Shown: positions 61,260 through 64,000 of the stretch, piece by piece
How the letters are laid out: each line of letters begins with the position of its first letter
Position numbering within the stretch: the stretch's first letter is position 1
Origin: Eledone cirrhosa
Taxonomy: Eukaryota
NCBI GenBank assembly: GCA_964016885.1
Contig: OZ024763.1
Location: forward strand, 17,980,001 to 18,044,000
Direction of reading: 5' to 3'
Length of the DNA: 64,000 nt
The notes under the pieces: generated by a model
Told to the model about the DNA's origin: nothing
What the model saw: the letters and a program-made list of their open reading frames with translations, nothing else
Database searches by the model: none
Program-made: the position numbers and the translations under genes

Positions 61260-61782
61260 ATTTCATTAGAAATATGGTAATGAACAGGTTAATGACATAG
61301 ACAGTATCTTTCATTAGAAATATGGTAATGAAAAGGTTAATTAGAAATATGGTAATGGAAGGGTTAATTACATAGGCAGTGTCTTTCATTAGAAATATGG
61401 TAATGAAAAGGTTAATTAGAAATATGGAAATGGAAGGGTTAATGACATAGGCAGTGTCTTTCATTAGAAATATAGTAATGGAAGGGTTAAAGATATAGAC
61501 AGTGTCTTTCATTAGAAATATAGTAATGAAAGGGTTAATGACATAGGTAGTGTCTTTCATTAGAAATATGGTAGTGAAAGGGTTAATGACATAGACAGTG
61601 TCTTTCATTAGAAATATGGCAATGAAAGGGTTAATGACATAGACAGTGTCTTTCATTAGAAATATGGTAATGAAAGGGTTAATGACATAGACAGTGTCTT
61701 TCATTAGAAATATGGTAATGAAAGGGTTAATGACATAGACAGTGTCTTTCATTAGAAATATGGTAGTGAAAGGGTTAATGTA
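61260..61782. repeat. 48-bp AT-rich minisatellite (~11 units), unrelated to the GC-rich 48-mer
   Basis: tctttcattagaaatatggtaatgaaagggttaatgacatagacagtg. Confidence 0.92.
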
Positions 61783-61857
61783 AATATGATATATAAAAAT
61801 AGATATGAAATATGTGAATATATATTATTTTACTTTTGTCTCTTTAAACTTGGTCAG

Positions 61858-62169
61858 AAACTTGCTCAGGATTTCCTTGATAAGAAGCTCGAAGCTGAAA
61901 CCTTTGTGGAGGATTATATTCAGAAACGCAAGGAAGCCCACCTGAAGAAGGTGAAGGTGGAAAAGATGACCGACTTGCTTCAGACTCGGAGCCTCTCTCG
62001 GAGAACACCTTCCGCTCATCATGCCTCCACACCTTCACTCTATAACCACTCCTACTACGACCGAAACGAGCCCAGTGCCATGGGTGGTGGCACCAACCCC
62101 CAATACAATATGGGGTCTTCGCCATCGAGACCTTACATGAACATGCCAGATCCTTCTAAATATTACTAA
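61858..62169 (+). CDS. VPS37B: VPS37B/C-like terminal coding exon with Pro/Ser/Tyr-rich tail
   Basis: ttggtcag acceptor. KLAQDFLDKKLEAETFVEDYIQKRKEAHLKKVKVEKM vs MAEKFLDGELPLDSFIDVYQSKRKLAHMRRVKIEKL. TAA stop, total 270 aa. Confidence 0.92.
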   Translation, partial: KLAQDFLDKKLEAETFVEDYIQKRKEAHLKKVKVEKMTDLLQTRSLSRRTPSAHHASTPSLYNHSYYDRNEPSAMGGGTNPQYNMGSSPSRPYMNMPDPSKYY

Positions 62170-62577
62170 AAAAAAAAAATAATAAGAAAAATAACAATAA
62201 GAAGAAAAAAGTGTGGGGGGGGGGGGGGGTAAGACTGACAACAATAACAAAAACACAATAAACAATAATTAAATTATATTTACAAAGAAAAAAACAATTA
62301 ATATTTTAAATTGCTGCATAGTCATAAAATATATATTTTTTTTTGTAGCATATATTTTAATTTTTTTTATGTATCATCATCATCATCTTCATCTTCATCT
62401 TCATGGAAGATGGACGTTAAACGAAGATGATGATGATGATAATACATAAAAAAAAATTAAAATATATGCTACAAAAAACCACAACCACCACCACACACAT
62501 CCCCACCCACCTCAACCCCTTCTTCCAAATGATTGTAATATATACACATACATATATGTATATATATATTTATATAT

Positions 62578-63080
<503 letters not shown>

Positions 63081-64000
63081 CGTGGTTGGTGTTAGGAAGG
63101 GCATCCAGCCGTAGAAAACCTGCCAGACAGTCCTATACGAGGGAGGCACAGTCTCTCGACCAATCTTGCCTCAAGTGGGACAATTCCCATCTAAATCCAT
63201 GCTAGCGTGGAAGATAGACGTTAAATGAAGATGATGATGATGATGTGTTTGTGTGTATCATCATCATCATCATCATCATCATTTTACGTCTGCTTTTCCC
63301 TGCTTGCATATACATATATATATTGAGGTATAGAAGTTTGACCTCAGGCTGAGATAGTTTCAGTTTCTAACCTCTCCAAGGTTCTTCAGTGATACCGAAA
63401 AAGCTTGAAAAGGCTACAAGCTGAAACTGCCCTAGCTCGTGGTCAGACCTCTATACCTCATTAATATAACCCGTCTCCATCTCACCATGTATTGAGTACT
63501 ATTCCAATGTCTGATCTTCCCGGTCTTTGCACCACAAACACTTTATATAGATATATAGATATATATATATATGCGCTGATTGCCAGTATTATATTCAGAA
63601 TGTTTATTTATAAACATACCGTATATCTTTAGAAATACGAAATTCACATACATATTTGCACACAGCTATGTTTGAAGCTAAATTCTAGTTCTATTTTAAG
63701 TTGAGCTAATTTATACAGCTTCATATGCAAATGAGATTAACCACCTCATTTACATACATGAAAATCTATATATTGTCGCCTGTTTCAAAGTCTGGTAGTG
63801 GCAAGCAAGAAACACCATCCTGACGGAACCATTTAAGTTCGAAATATATCGACGGTTGTCCCCCTTGCTTCTGCCGAACACCGCTTGGCGGTGCTGACCG
63901 TTAGTGTTATATCCATAGCTGTGGCTTTCAGAATGCTTATTTATAAACATACCGTATTTCTTTAGAAATTCAAAATATTTGTATACAGCTATGTTCGAAG

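Noticed and set aside
63814-63856. ACCATC-CTGACGG-AAC..GTTC-GAAA-TATA-TC-GACGGT hammerhead-like motif
   Set aside because: Core lacks A9 and stem I has a mismatch. Likely an inactive relic.

Overview
Repeat-rich, intron-containing animal genomic DNA. An octopod cephalopod origin is inferred from the SINE families and the (TA)n/(CAT)n landscape. I reconstructed three spliced host genes by hand, all with GT-AG junctions and consistent phases. (1) The last five coding exons of WDR75/UTP17 (+, 1615..12400). (2) A complete 9-coding-exon SKA2 (-, 38964..25374, 274 aa) with a long C-terminal extension resembling the SKA1 microtubule-binding domain. (3) A complete 4-coding-exon VPS37B/C-like ESCRT-I gene (+, 53216..62169, 270 aa), divergent from SKA2. 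The putative first intron of VPS37 holds an intact, apparently full-length RTE-clade LINE (1038-aa ORF: APE endonuclease + RT with a PHD finger inserted inside the RT). Its 5'-UTR hairpin cassette and 3' stem-loop recur in many tRNA/CORE SINEs and headless non-autonomous copies here. Several multi-kb minisatellites (48, 53 and 105 bp units) derive from pieces of this RTE system. Several Penelope-type type-I hammerhead ribozyme motifs lie in (TA)n-embedded elements. One pair forms the arms of a 243-bp near-perfect palindrome in the putative VPS37 intron 1, and one intact GUC hammerhead lies in sense in the last SKA2 intron. Most long ORFs in the supplied track are tandem-repeat or SINE artefacts. 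All family and gene assignments are from recalled motifs, not database searches.
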